IMG/VR virus record: IMGVR_UViG_3300032164_000001
Length of the DNA: 64,000 nucleotides
From: a virus
Strand: one strand, 5' to 3'
Of this stretch, positions 8,325 through 17,037 are shown in pieces. The notes below the pieces were generated by a model. It ran no database searches, was not told the origin of the DNA, and saw only the letters and a program-made list of their open reading frames with translations. Position numbers and translations under genes: made by a program. The first letter of the stretch is position 1; every line of letters starts with the position of its first letter.

Positions 8325-10330
8325 TGACCTACGTCATTCCTGTGGTTCATCCTGCGGCATTGTTGAGAGGTGGTCATCCCATCTCCGACATCATACGCAT
8401 GGACTTGGCCAAGGCTCTACGTCTGACAGCAGAGGCTCCACGTCAGCGAGAGAACCTGGTGATAGTGCACCCATCAAATCCGTTGGGTCTGACCCAAGTG
8501 GTGCGTATCGCACTGGCCTGGCTTGAACGCTGGCAGGACATGGGTGTCACGACGGCTGTTGATGTTGAGACGTCTTCACTGAACTTCTTCGCCTGTAAGC
8601 TCTATTCCATCGCGCTATCCGGAGAGGATGGTTGTGACACAGCAATTGCATTCACTTTGATGGACAAGAGAACATTGCCCTGGGACGCCGAGGTTGCAAT
8701 GGTGACTGCAACCCGGGCACTGTTGGCGAATCCACGAGTGTCCAAACTCTTTCACAATGCACCATATGACTTTGCCGTGCTGCACCAGAAGAATATGCCT
8801 GTCATCGGTCCAATCGAGGACACACAGGCCTACGCGCACCTACGTCAGTGCGACATACCAAAAGACTTGGGTTTCATTGGCCAGACATTCCTGGATGTAG
8901 AGCCATGGAAGCTCAACCATGAAGGGAAGAAGCAAGCCTTCACGACTGATGCCATAGAGCTTCTTATCTACAACGCCAAGGATGCACTGAACACGATGAA
9001 ACTGCGGCGGCCATTGCTTGAATCACTGGCCGGCCGCGGTTGCACACCAGCACTCCTTGAGTTTCAGAATGGCATGGCCCGGCTGGCTGCGCGCATGGAG
9101 CTCACAGGATTGCCGATCAACTTCGAGAAGCGTCGGGCGATGGGCAAGAAGCTTCTGGTGAAGCTTGAGGAGCTACGTGGACGCATGTGCTCCTATCTTA
9201 GCTGGCCTGATTTCAATCCGATGAACAAGAACCATGCGGTTCGCGCATTGTACGACAGGAAGTACTTAGGACTGATGCCAACTGCATGGACTCCCAAGAC
9301 TAAGCAACCAAGTACCAAGTATGAACACATCATCGATCACATGGAGAATCCATTTGTAAAGTCATTCATAGACTATGTGGAGAATCATCACGTGCATGCA
9401 ACACAATATCGAGAAGAACCAGAACACAAAGGAGATCCAAAAGCTGGTGCTTACACTAGAGCCGTACAGTTGGATGGACGACTGCATTATAAATGCAATC
9501 CAACTGGGCAAAAAGGCTCTAGAGTCTCAACCGAACCGAATACCCAGAATCAAAGGGTCGCAGACAGAGAGTTCTTCGAGGCCCCTGAAGGCAGAGTTTT
9601 TATAGGTAGTGACAAGGCGGCTCTAGAGCTTAGATTGGCCGCATGTATGGCTGGTGTTAGAGAACTACTGGACGAAATGGCAAAACCAGATGGCGACCCG
9701 CACAGATTGGCCGCCATTAACATCTACGGAGATGCGTTTCTGGCGAAGACGAAGGAAGAACAGAAGAGGCTGCGCGATGCAGTGAAGACCACTGTCTACG
9801 CTTCATTGTATAGAGCGGGTGTCAAGACAGTGCATAAATCAATACGCAAGAAGAAGTTTCTGGATACCGCCCTGCGTGCAGCTCTGACACTGGAGGCTGT
9901 AGGACACATTTATCACAGTTTTTTTGGCAAATACGTGGAAATACCGATTTGGCATGATTTCAACTACGAGGTGGCACAACACCAGGGATATGTAGAGACA
10001 CAGCCATTCGGCAGACGTCGTTATTTTCCAGTGCAGCCACCTCCGTATACTGAAGTGAGTAACTGGATAATTCAAACTGCCGGTTCTGATATAGTTGGAT
10101 ATCAAATGATCCAAATACAGGAAGAGCTAGACCATAGATTTCATGGAGACGCCAGCATTATTCTGCATGGACACGATGCACTCTACATAGAGTGTGCCGA
10201 AATGCATGCAGAGACGGTGAAGAAAATAGTGGAGAACATATTCGGCCACTACGTCCTAGATGGACCGGCTGGAAAAGTAGATTTAACAGCTGATTGTAAG
10301 GTGGCAAAAAATCTAAAGGAAGCCAAGTGA
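8324..10330 (+). CDS. family-A DNA polymerase with 3'-5' exonuclease, N-terminus carries UDG motif B
   Basis: ExoI DVET, ExoII FHNAPYD, ExoIII YNAKDA. Pol motif A DKAALELR, B RDAVKTTVYASLY, C GHDA. N-terminal VIPVVHPAALLR. Confidence 0.92.
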   Translation: MTYVIPVVHPAALLRGGHPISDIIRMDLAKALRLTAEAPRQRENLVIVHPSNPLGLTQVVRIALAWLERWQDMGVTTAVDVETSSLNFFACKLYSIALSGEDGCDTAIAFTLMDKRTLPWDAEVAMVTATRALLANPRVSKLFHNAPYDFAVLHQKNMPVIGPIEDTQAYAHLRQCDIPKDLGFIGQTFLDVEPWKLNHEGKKQAFTTDAIELLIYNAKDALNTMKLRRPLLESLAGRGCTPALLEFQNGMARLAARMELTGLPINFEKRRAMGKKLLVKLEELRGRMCSYLSWPDFNPMNKNHAVRALYDRKYLGLMPTAWTPKTKQPSTKYEHIIDHMENPFVKSFIDYVENHHVHATQYREEPEHKGDPKAGAYTRAVQLDGRLHYKCNPTGQKGSRVSTEPNTQNQRVADREFFEAPEGRVFIGSDKAALELRLAACMAGVRELLDEMAKPDGDPHRLAAINIYGDAFLAKTKEEQKRLRDAVKTTVYASLYRAGVKTVHKSIRKKKFLDTALRAALTLEAVGHIYHSFFGKYVEIPIWHDFNYEVAQHQGYVETQPFGRRRYFPVQPPPYTEVSNWIIQTAGSDIVGYQMIQIQEELDHRFHGDASIILHGHDALYIECAEMHAETVKKIVENIFGHYVLDGPAGKVDLTADCKVAKNLKEAK

Positions 10331-10347
10331 AAAGCAAGGGAGATAAA

Positions 10348-11145
10348 ATGCCAGGATTAGTTGTACGTGGAGAAGAGGTGCAAGTAGCAGGGTTGAACAT
10401 CGTCAATTACAAAGATCATCCAGGCCTGTTGTTGAAGATGGGCGAGGACATGCGTCTTCGCAATACACGATGGGTTCGTGGCATCGTGTTACACACGACA
10501 AAGGGCGAATGGCCACAGAAAGTATCGGAGGGACTCGGACCTAACACGAATGTTGAAGACAGAATTGCAAGGTTGTGGTCTACGGACCACCGACAGGCTG
10601 GAGCGCATCTATCTGTGGACTGGGATGGCTCCATTGGTTGCCACTGCGATCTTCTCCTGCACGCCGCCTACCATGCTGGTGCGGTGAATGAGTACACCAT
10701 TGGGATCGAAATGTATCAGGGGCCGAAGCCAGAGAATGCGCTCTATGAGAAGCAACTGGATGTCACCGTGAAGCTGGTCAACGAGCTGACGAGGCTGTTC
10801 GGCATCCAGCGACAGGTACCGAATCTCCGACTCACGGGCGTGGTACCACGTCTGGCTGCAGGCGGAAAGGACTTCTGTGGAGTCTATGGACACCGCAACG
10901 TCACCACAGACAGGGGACGTGGAGATCCAGGAGATCACATCTTCACCCGGCTGCTGGAGGCAGGATACGAGCAATGGGACATCGTCTCCGGGGAAGACTT
11001 GGCCATCTGGCGGCAACGACAGGCCGAATTGCTGAAGGTGGCACCAGCGAGTTGTGATGGAATACCTGGACCGCAGACCGTCGACGCACTACGGTTTGTC
11101 AACTACACCGACGGCCTTTGGGTGGCCGTCAAGGAGAAGGAGTGA
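10348..11145 (+). CDS. N-acetylmuramoyl-L-alanine amidase (Amidase_2), endolysin-like
   Basis: IVLHTT, AHL, AYHAG..N..TIGIE, GHRNV...RGDPG, and a C-terminal DGIPGPQT peptidoglycan-binding-like motif. Confidence 0.85.
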   Translation: MPGLVVRGEEVQVAGLNIVNYKDHPGLLLKMGEDMRLRNTRWVRGIVLHTTKGEWPQKVSEGLGPNTNVEDRIARLWSTDHRQAGAHLSVDWDGSIGCHCDLLLHAAYHAGAVNEYTIGIEMYQGPKPENALYEKQLDVTVKLVNELTRLFGIQRQVPNLRLTGVVPRLAAGGKDFCGVYGHRNVTTDRGRGDPGDHIFTRLLEAGYEQWDIVSGEDLAIWRQRQAELLKVAPASCDGIPGPQTVDALRFVNYTDGLWVAVKEKE

Positions 11146-11150
11146 ATCTC

Positions 11151-11459
11151 ATGCCAACCGTCGACAAGGCACCAAAAATTGTGAAGGAAGAGTTCCGCTG
11201 GCTGCTGGAGCTGAAGGACGGGCAACGCGTTTGGGCTGCTCTGACACCGTCTGGCTTCACCACGGACCACAGTTTCACGGCAGCCGAGCTCGACACGGTA
11301 AAGGCACTCGTGTTGGACAAGTTCGCACTGTCCGTCGCCGGCTTCTTGAATGCCATGCGCGAGGCAAAAGCTGTGGTTGAGGCAACTGCAAACAAGACCG
11401 AACAGTTCAAGGAGACGTCACATGAGCTGGATGGACAAGAAGGACAGCCTACAGGCTGA
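11151..11459 (+). CDS. hypothetical protein
   Basis: ORF with AAGGAG RBS in operon context. Confidence 0.65.
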   Translation: MPTVDKAPKIVKEEFRWLLELKDGQRVWAALTPSGFTTDHSFTAAELDTVKALVLDKFALSVAGFLNAMREAKAVVEATANKTEQFKETSHELDGQEGQPTG

Positions 11460-12009
11460 GCTGAGAGAGATTGACCCGGGTGTGGTCCTGATGAGCAAGG
11501 ACGCCCCTTTTTGGCGTATGATGGGCTGGCTGGCGGCTCCTTTCACTGGCCGTGCAGGGTTTCGCAATGATTTTGCAACCTCCATCGGCACTCTTCAGGG
11601 CTATCCAACCGCCTGGGGTGAGAACACCGTGCGCAAGGTCGGTGTGCATGAGATCCGGCACACGCGTCAGCAGCGCATCTGTGGTTGGTTCATACCCGTC
11701 CTGGGCTGGTTGCCCTGGATAGCCCCCTGGGTTGGTCTTCCCCTCTTTTTTCTCATCTGGGGCCTGTTGCCATTCCCCATCTTCTTCGCTTGGGGACGAT
11801 ACAGATTGGAGCTCGATGCGACAGCAGCCAGCTGGAAGAATGAGTTGCAGCACGGCACATCTGTTGTCTATGTTCAGGCTCGCGTCAAGGGTTGGGCTGG
11901 CACCATCAGCTCCAGGGCGTATGGCTGGTCGATACCACGGCGATGGGCAGAATGGGGCGCCGTACGCAAGTTCAACCAGTTGGTCCGACAAATATCAAGT
12001 GGGAGTTAG
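11422..12009 (+). CDS. membrane protein with HExxH motif
   Basis: HEIRH followed by a long hydrophobic Trp/Pro-rich segment and a downstream Glu (ELDA). AAGGAG RBS. Confidence 0.7.
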   Translation: MSWMDKKDSLQAELREIDPGVVLMSKDAPFWRMMGWLAAPFTGRAGFRNDFATSIGTLQGYPTAWGENTVRKVGVHEIRHTRQQRICGWFIPVLGWLPWIAPWVGLPLFFLIWGLLPFPIFFAWGRYRLELDATAASWKNELQHGTSVVYVQARVKGWAGTISSRAYGWSIPRRWAEWGAVRKFNQLVRQISSGS

Positions 12010-12011
12010 AC

Positions 12012-12641
12012 ATGAGTCCATTTCAAGGTTTCATACCGCATAGGGTAGATCTGTTTGATAGGGCAATGAATAGCTTTCACTCCACGCTCACTGCTATTGG
12101 CAGTTACAAAAGCGCCATCACCAGCGCCATACAGAATCCTGGCGTGCTGGTTGACGACGCCGTTCTGCAAACTCTGTACGGTGAGTACTTGAAATGCCGT
12201 GGTGCACTTCTTATGGCTTTCCAGGGTGACATCCCATTCATGGATCAGCTATTCTCCGAGATCATGGCAGCAATCCAGACTACACAGGATCAAGAACCGC
12301 CGAGCGAACCAGTGCATCTTGGCGCCGAACTGTTTCAAGTGAATGATCCCGAAGAGAGAGAAGGAAAGAAAAGCAGGCCAAGCCCGACATCAAGACTGAA
12401 CTACGACGGGATCAGCAATGCGGATTGCCTGGATGCGTTGCAGACCATTGACGAAACGCTCGATCTGCTTCCAACTTTACCGGATGCAGCTGCAGATTTC
12501 GCGGATAGTGTAGAACAGAAACTGACCAGCATGCGCGAAGGCATCATTGGCAAAGGACGGGCCACTGAAAAACAAATAATAGCCATAGAGAACATGCAAC
12601 GTGGGACACTGAAGTGGACCGAGCACAATGAGTATGATTGA
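12012..12641 (+). CDS. hypothetical protein
   Basis: ORF with GGGAG RBS, coupled to the DinG gene. Confidence 0.65.
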   Translation: MSPFQGFIPHRVDLFDRAMNSFHSTLTAIGSYKSAITSAIQNPGVLVDDAVLQTLYGEYLKCRGALLMAFQGDIPFMDQLFSEIMAAIQTTQDQEPPSEPVHLGAELFQVNDPEEREGKKSRPSPTSRLNYDGISNADCLDALQTIDETLDLLPTLPDAAADFADSVEQKLTSMREGIIGKGRATEKQIIAIENMQRGTLKWTEHNEYD

Positions 12642-14644
12642 GTGCTATGCCAATTGATCGTTATGACCATTACATAGATCAAATATTGGCCCCGGGAGGC
12701 CTACTCGAGCGCTCTATGCAAGGGTATGAGTCCAGGCCTGGTCAGTTGCGTCTGGCGCATGAGATAGATATCGCCATGTGCTTCGGAGAACACATTATCG
12801 CAGAAGCTGAATGTGGCATAGGAAAGACTGCTGCTTATGGCGTACCAGCGATTGCACACGCCTGTTGCAACAAAATGCGTTGTGCGATTGTGACGGCGAA
12901 CATTCAGCTTCAGGAGCAGTTGGTCAAGAAGGACCTTCCATTGCTTCATCGCATACTGCCGTTCAAGTTCGAATTCGCTCTACTCAAAGGACGCAACAAC
13001 TATGCATGTAGAGACAGGTTCTGGCAGGGCCAGGCTGATGATTCATTTGCCAAGATCAGAATGCATCTCGACGGAAGACAGCAACTGGATGCGGCATTGA
13101 AGTGGATGAAAACGACTCTTACCGGGGATAAATCCGAGTTGAGCCCTGAGCCACCGTTCGAGATATGGAGCGCAATATCCACAGACAGCGACGAATGCAA
13201 GAGAAATCGTTGCACGTACAAGGACGAATGCTTTGCAAACGCTGCCAGGAACACGGCGCTACGGTCGCACATCATAGTGACCAACTACCACACTTTGTTC
13301 TCCTACATGAGACGGGATGACAATCCTCTGATGCTGCCGCATATGGTCCTCGATGAGGCACACGAAGTGGCCAGGATAGCCAGAGATTTTATGGGTTTCA
13401 AGTTCACGCAGTACTCCATCGGAAAGGTAACACGATGGCTGCAAGAACTCGGGAAGAGAGGTCTACCGTTGCGTGGTAGTTTGGAAGCAGCGAACACTGC
13501 ATTCTTCGCGGCAAGTGGCAGAATGTTGGGTCAACTGAAACGAGAGGCTGCCAGGAGAAAGAAAGGTAGCGATTGCCGACTGACTGTGCCCAATTGGACC
13601 AAAGATCATCTACCTCTGATGGCCATACTGTCTGAATGCAAACAACTGGCTGCAGATCGCTTCAGCAGTCCTGATGCTGACCCGGCTTCCAGAATAGATG
13701 CCGAGCAGGCATTCAACAAGATTTCAGAAATACTGAAACAGCTGCACGGAGGCGTGGAACTGAATGACAATAACTCTGTATACTGGCTCGAGGAGACAGG
13801 CAAGCGCAAGAATGTTGCACTACAGGCCAAGCTGATAGACGTCAGTGCAATCCTACACGAGAGACTATTCAGGGCTACGCGGTCGATAACGCTTTCGTCA
13901 GCCACTCTCAGCGTTGACAAATCGTTCTCCTTCATCCAGCGAGAGCTCGGTGTGCCAGAGAATGCCAAGCAGTGCATCGTCACAAGTCCTTTCAATTTAT
14001 ACGAGCAGTCTCTGTTCGTCGTGCCGCCAGACTCTCCTTTGCCGCAAGATGAACGTCGATTTCAACAGGCCACGGCTGATGCTATAGAGCATGTCGCAAC
14101 GGCTTGCGGAGGTCGCACACTTGGCCTTTTCACTTCCAACAAGAATCTGAGAGCTGTACGCGATCTACTGATCGCCAGGAATCTGCCTTACAGACTACTG
14201 GCACAGGACGGAGAGCTATCCCGAGCGGAGCTCTATCAGATCTTCAAGAGTGATGAGTCATCCATCTTGCTTGGTGTTGCCTCGTTCTGGACCGGCGTGG
14301 ATGTACCGGGCGAAGCGCTCGTTGGCCTGGTGATCGATAAGCTACCATTCCCCAACCTCAACGATCCTTTCATCGATGCACTGGAAGAGAAGTGGAAGAA
14401 GGCAGCATTCAATCGTTACAGTCTGCCACACACCATTATCACATTGAAACAAGGCATTGGTCGATTGATCAGACGCAAGGACGACTACGGCGTGGTTGTA
14501 CTGGTTGACAGTCGTGTGCTGCAGAAGAGATACGGCGTAATAGTGACACGCTCTCTTCCACCAATGCGTAGCACACCGCACATGACTGACATCGTTCCAT
14601 TCATTGAGAAGCACAGAGCAGCGCGAGCGGCGCGGAGTGCGTAA
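12638..14644 (+). CDS. dinG: DinG/YoaA-family ATP-dependent DNA helicase
   Basis: YESRPGQ Q-motif, AECGIGKT, KGRNNY, four Fe-S-type Cys, DEAH, SATL, FWTGVDVPG, IDKLPF, QGIGRLIR. Confidence 0.92.
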   Translation: MSAMPIDRYDHYIDQILAPGGLLERSMQGYESRPGQLRLAHEIDIAMCFGEHIIAEAECGIGKTAAYGVPAIAHACCNKMRCAIVTANIQLQEQLVKKDLPLLHRILPFKFEFALLKGRNNYACRDRFWQGQADDSFAKIRMHLDGRQQLDAALKWMKTTLTGDKSELSPEPPFEIWSAISTDSDECKRNRCTYKDECFANAARNTALRSHIIVTNYHTLFSYMRRDDNPLMLPHMVLDEAHEVARIARDFMGFKFTQYSIGKVTRWLQELGKRGLPLRGSLEAANTAFFAASGRMLGQLKREAARRKKGSDCRLTVPNWTKDHLPLMAILSECKQLAADRFSSPDADPASRIDAEQAFNKISEILKQLHGGVELNDNNSVYWLEETGKRKNVALQAKLIDVSAILHERLFRATRSITLSSATLSVDKSFSFIQRELGVPENAKQCIVTSPFNLYEQSLFVVPPDSPLPQDERRFQQATADAIEHVATACGGRTLGLFTSNKNLRAVRDLLIARNLPYRLLAQDGELSRAELYQIFKSDESSILLGVASFWTGVDVPGEALVGLVIDKLPFPNLNDPFIDALEEKWKKAAFNRYSLPHTIITLKQGIGRLIRRKDDYGVVVLVDSRVLQKRYGVIVTRSLPPMRSTPHMTDIVPFIEKHRAARAARSA

Positions 14645-15263
14645 GAAGTTGGCTGACGCTGCACAGAGAGCCAATTCCTGGCTACTGGCCTACAAAGACC
14701 TGGTGCTGGGCCTGGATTTGCCTTGGGCTGAACCGAATTGGACCACCAGCGACTTCGGAGAAGTGGTTCTGGAATGGTGGTTCGACACACGGAAGGCCAC
14801 GCTTTACGTTTCTGGAAAGTCAATCGAGTATCTCTGCTCGGACGACAGCTGGATGGACGATGGAGCGGTTCGAGATATGTTGCACATGCTCGACATCTGG
14901 CGCTGGCTTCTTGGCGCACGTTGCAAACGTCTACCGGCCATGACAGCACTGGACAAGTTCGAAGAGCTCGGAACCAACTGGGGCGGTTATACCACCCCCC
15001 GTGCGGCTTTACTTGCAGCAGCACGAGACGTCCTGCGAACATCAACGGGTGCCTTCACCCCAGATCCTGAGGTCACTCTGGAAGTCGACGGTGACATACA
15101 ACTGATCTGGAAGAATGGCGCACGTGAGTTAGGAGTACGCATTACGGACGAGCTTCTCGTGCTCTTCTGGAAGGCGACCGGCCTCATCTCCGAAAACGGT
15201 ACTTTGCCGAGGGATGCCAGCAAGGAGATCAAAGAGCTCCTCGACTGGCTACTCGATGGATGA
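14604..15263 (+). CDS. hypothetical protein (start possibly GTG 14637)
   Basis: 219-aa ORF with two similar halves (GEVVLEWW / GDIQLIW). Confidence 0.6.
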   Translation: MRSTEQRERRGVRKKLADAAQRANSWLLAYKDLVLGLDLPWAEPNWTTSDFGEVVLEWWFDTRKATLYVSGKSIEYLCSDDSWMDDGAVRDMLHMLDIWRWLLGARCKRLPAMTALDKFEELGTNWGGYTTPRAALLAAARDVLRTSTGAFTPDPEVTLEVDGDIQLIWKNGARELGVRITDELLVLFWKATGLISENGTLPRDASKEIKELLDWLLDG

Positions 15264-15463
15264 ATCAGATGACAACACCTGGGCACTACAAGAAGAAACA
15301 CCGCTGTCTCTGCAGGTACTGCAACGAAGAGTTCTTTGCCTGCTCGCCAAAAGCGGTGAAGTGCGAGAAGGAGCGATGCCATTCGGAAGCCAAGCGCCTA
15401 GAACGCAAGCGCAAGCGTGCGCAATTGACCATCACAGCACAAACAGCGGAGGAGCAAGAGTGA
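15260..15463 (+). CDS. small Cys-rich (zinc-finger-like) protein
   Basis: CRYC...C....C, ATGA overlap with the previous gene. Confidence 0.6.
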   Translation: MNQMTTPGHYKKKHRCLCRYCNEEFFACSPKAVKCEKERCHSEAKRLERKRKRAQLTITAQTAEEQE

Positions 15464-15918
15464 CAGTCTGGTTGACCGAGGCAGATCGCCAAGCCTACAT
15501 GAAAGCCCTTGATACAACCGTGGCGGATCTCGACATCGTGGACTACCTCAAGATACTCAACGGTATCGATGGCGTATGCACTGTCTCATCGTGTCTAGGC
15601 TGGCATGCCAATGGAGAAGGACGTGTCAACTTCGACGTGGGCTTTGTCATCCTGCATCTGTCCGAGCAGAAGGGCAGACTTCTCGAGCGAGCAGCAGACG
15701 ATCTATCTAGCTTCTGTGAGGGTCTCGCCATGGGCATGGAAAAGGAGTGGCTCTACAGCCCACACAACAGACCTGAGGCCCCTTGCATCGAGTGCCAGCC
15801 GGTCGAATGCCGAGGCAAGTGCCAACCGGTTGTCTGGCACACGGTCAAGTTCAGCGGCCGCGTCTGCCTGGGATGCCTCAGGGCTCTGTGCAATCTGCTG
15901 ATGGGAATGTCGGCCTGA
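15460..15918 (+). CDS. hypothetical protein with Tyw3-like TxSSCxG motif
   Basis: GGAGGAG RBS plus GTG start. DLDIVDYLKILN...TVSSCLG. Confidence 0.6.
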   Translation: MTVWLTEADRQAYMKALDTTVADLDIVDYLKILNGIDGVCTVSSCLGWHANGEGRVNFDVGFVILHLSEQKGRLLERAADDLSSFCEGLAMGMEKEWLYSPHNRPEAPCIECQPVECRGKCQPVVWHTVKFSGRVCLGCLRALCNLLMGMSA

Positions 15919-15928
15919 CGCTTTTTTC

Positions 15929-15998
15929 TTGACAGACTCCTTCTTGTTGGCATAAAATACGGGTGGTTGGGTGGGTAAGAGGTTTGTATGGGTATGCT
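15929..15998 (+). promoter_or_regulatory. Promoter cassette copy 2
   Basis: TTGACA (15929-15934), 18 bp, TAAAAT (15953-15958), then GGGTGGTTGGGTGGG...GTTTGTATG. Confidence 0.8.
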
Positions 15999-16415
15999 TT
16001 TTATTGGTATATCAATCACTTGCGAGTAGACAACACAGGCACCAGAGCGAACTACGGCACGGTCGAACCCGTCTATTCTGTCTGGTGCACCTCGTGGACA
16101 TCGAGCCAAGACAACTCCACGACGTGGTGCAGCATCTCGAATGAGTTGACGACCGATGTGACGAACACGACGTTCGCCATGGCCTGGGAGTCCTACACAT
16201 CTACGTGTTTCTGTGCTGGCAAACTACAACCGGATGAACGTGAGAAGCGCGCTCAGGCACGACAGCAAGCTCCAGCACCATTGCTTCATTGCTGGCTTGA
16301 GACATTGCCGGCACGAAGGCATCGTATTCGCGACGAGAGGGCGCCGAACAGATGGGGGCGACAGCTGAAGTACGGAACGGCGAATGGACTACGGCCTGTT
16401 CCGATGCTGTGCTAA
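15984..16415 (+). CDS. hypothetical protein (TTG start within the promoter cassette, start uncertain)
   Basis: Open frame directly downstream of cassette copy 2, beginning TTG TAT GGG TAT GCT TTT. Confidence 0.5.
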   Translation: MYGYAFYWYINHLRVDNTGTRANYGTVEPVYSVWCTSWTSSQDNSTTWCSISNELTTDVTNTTFAMAWESYTSTCFCAGKLQPDEREKRAQARQQAPAPLLHCWLETLPARRHRIRDERAPNRWGRQLKYGTANGLRPVPMLC

Positions 16416-16459
16416 GCTGCTCTCTTAGATCGCTGTACGTGTGAATCAAGGAGTTCGTC

Positions 16460-16696
16460 ATGAAACATGAACCGAGTCGTGTAAAATCCTGTCCCGATTG
16501 CGACGGTGAAAATGAAGACTGCCCGACCTGCGAAGGCTGCGGAGAGGTCTACTACTTCACGGCCGATGAGCTTGTAGAGATAGACACCCGTCTGAAAGCT
16601 TTCGAGGGCGGCAGGCTCACTGGGGAGCAGAGCAAGCGATTCGTCTCGTTTGCATTGAAAGCAATCGCGTTGCGCCCAACGCCTACTTCCTGGTAG
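16460..16696 (+). CDS. small zinc-finger protein (CxxCxG repeats)
   Basis: CPDCDG...CPTCEGCG, AAGGAG RBS. Confidence 0.7.
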   Translation: MKHEPSRVKSCPDCDGENEDCPTCEGCGEVYYFTADELVEIDTRLKAFEGGRLTGEQSKRFVSFALKAIALRPTPTSW

Positions 16697-16889
16697 GAAT
16701 CCTTCGATCGAACGACTCGACCGTGCGCCCGTAGAGCTGCAGCAGCTGGGTGTACAGGATGTCGAAGTCGGCCTTGTACTCTTCAATCTGGGTGAGATCG
16801 AGCGGAGCGTTGTTCCTCAGGGGCAACATGAAGCGGTCGAGCCCGTCTTTTATCTCTGACCAATCAACCAGCAACTCCTCTGTTCGCAT
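16683..16889 (-). CDS. small hypothetical protein (alternative in-frame TTG at 16934)
   Basis: CAGGAG RBS before MRTEELL, downstream of cassette copy 3. Confidence 0.6.
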   Translation of the reverse strand: MRTEELLVDWSEIKDGLDRFMLPLRNNAPLDLTQIEEYKADFDILYTQLLQLYGRTVESFDRRIPTRK

Positions 16890-16927
16890 GTTATCAATTT
16901 CTCCTGTTGATTCCTCTTCCTGCCCCC

Positions 16928-16990
16928 CATACAAACTGCCTCCCGCCCAACCCGACATTCAGTTTATCCTGACATTATGCTACAAGTCAA
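16928..16990 (-). promoter_or_regulatory. Promoter cassette copy 3
   Basis: TTGACT (16990-16985), 18 bp, TAAACT (16966-16961), then GGGTTGGGCGGGAGG-CA-GTTTGTATG. Confidence 0.75.
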
Positions 16991-17037
16991 CACTAATCCT
17001 ATGTATTGATCCGATCTGTCCTAAGTTATTGTTTCAA

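Noticed and set aside
12638-14644. DinG as Csf4 of a type IV-A CRISPR system
   Set aside because: It is 12 kb from the array, no csf1-3 or cas6-like ORFs are adjacent, and it retains YoaA-type Fe-S cysteines.
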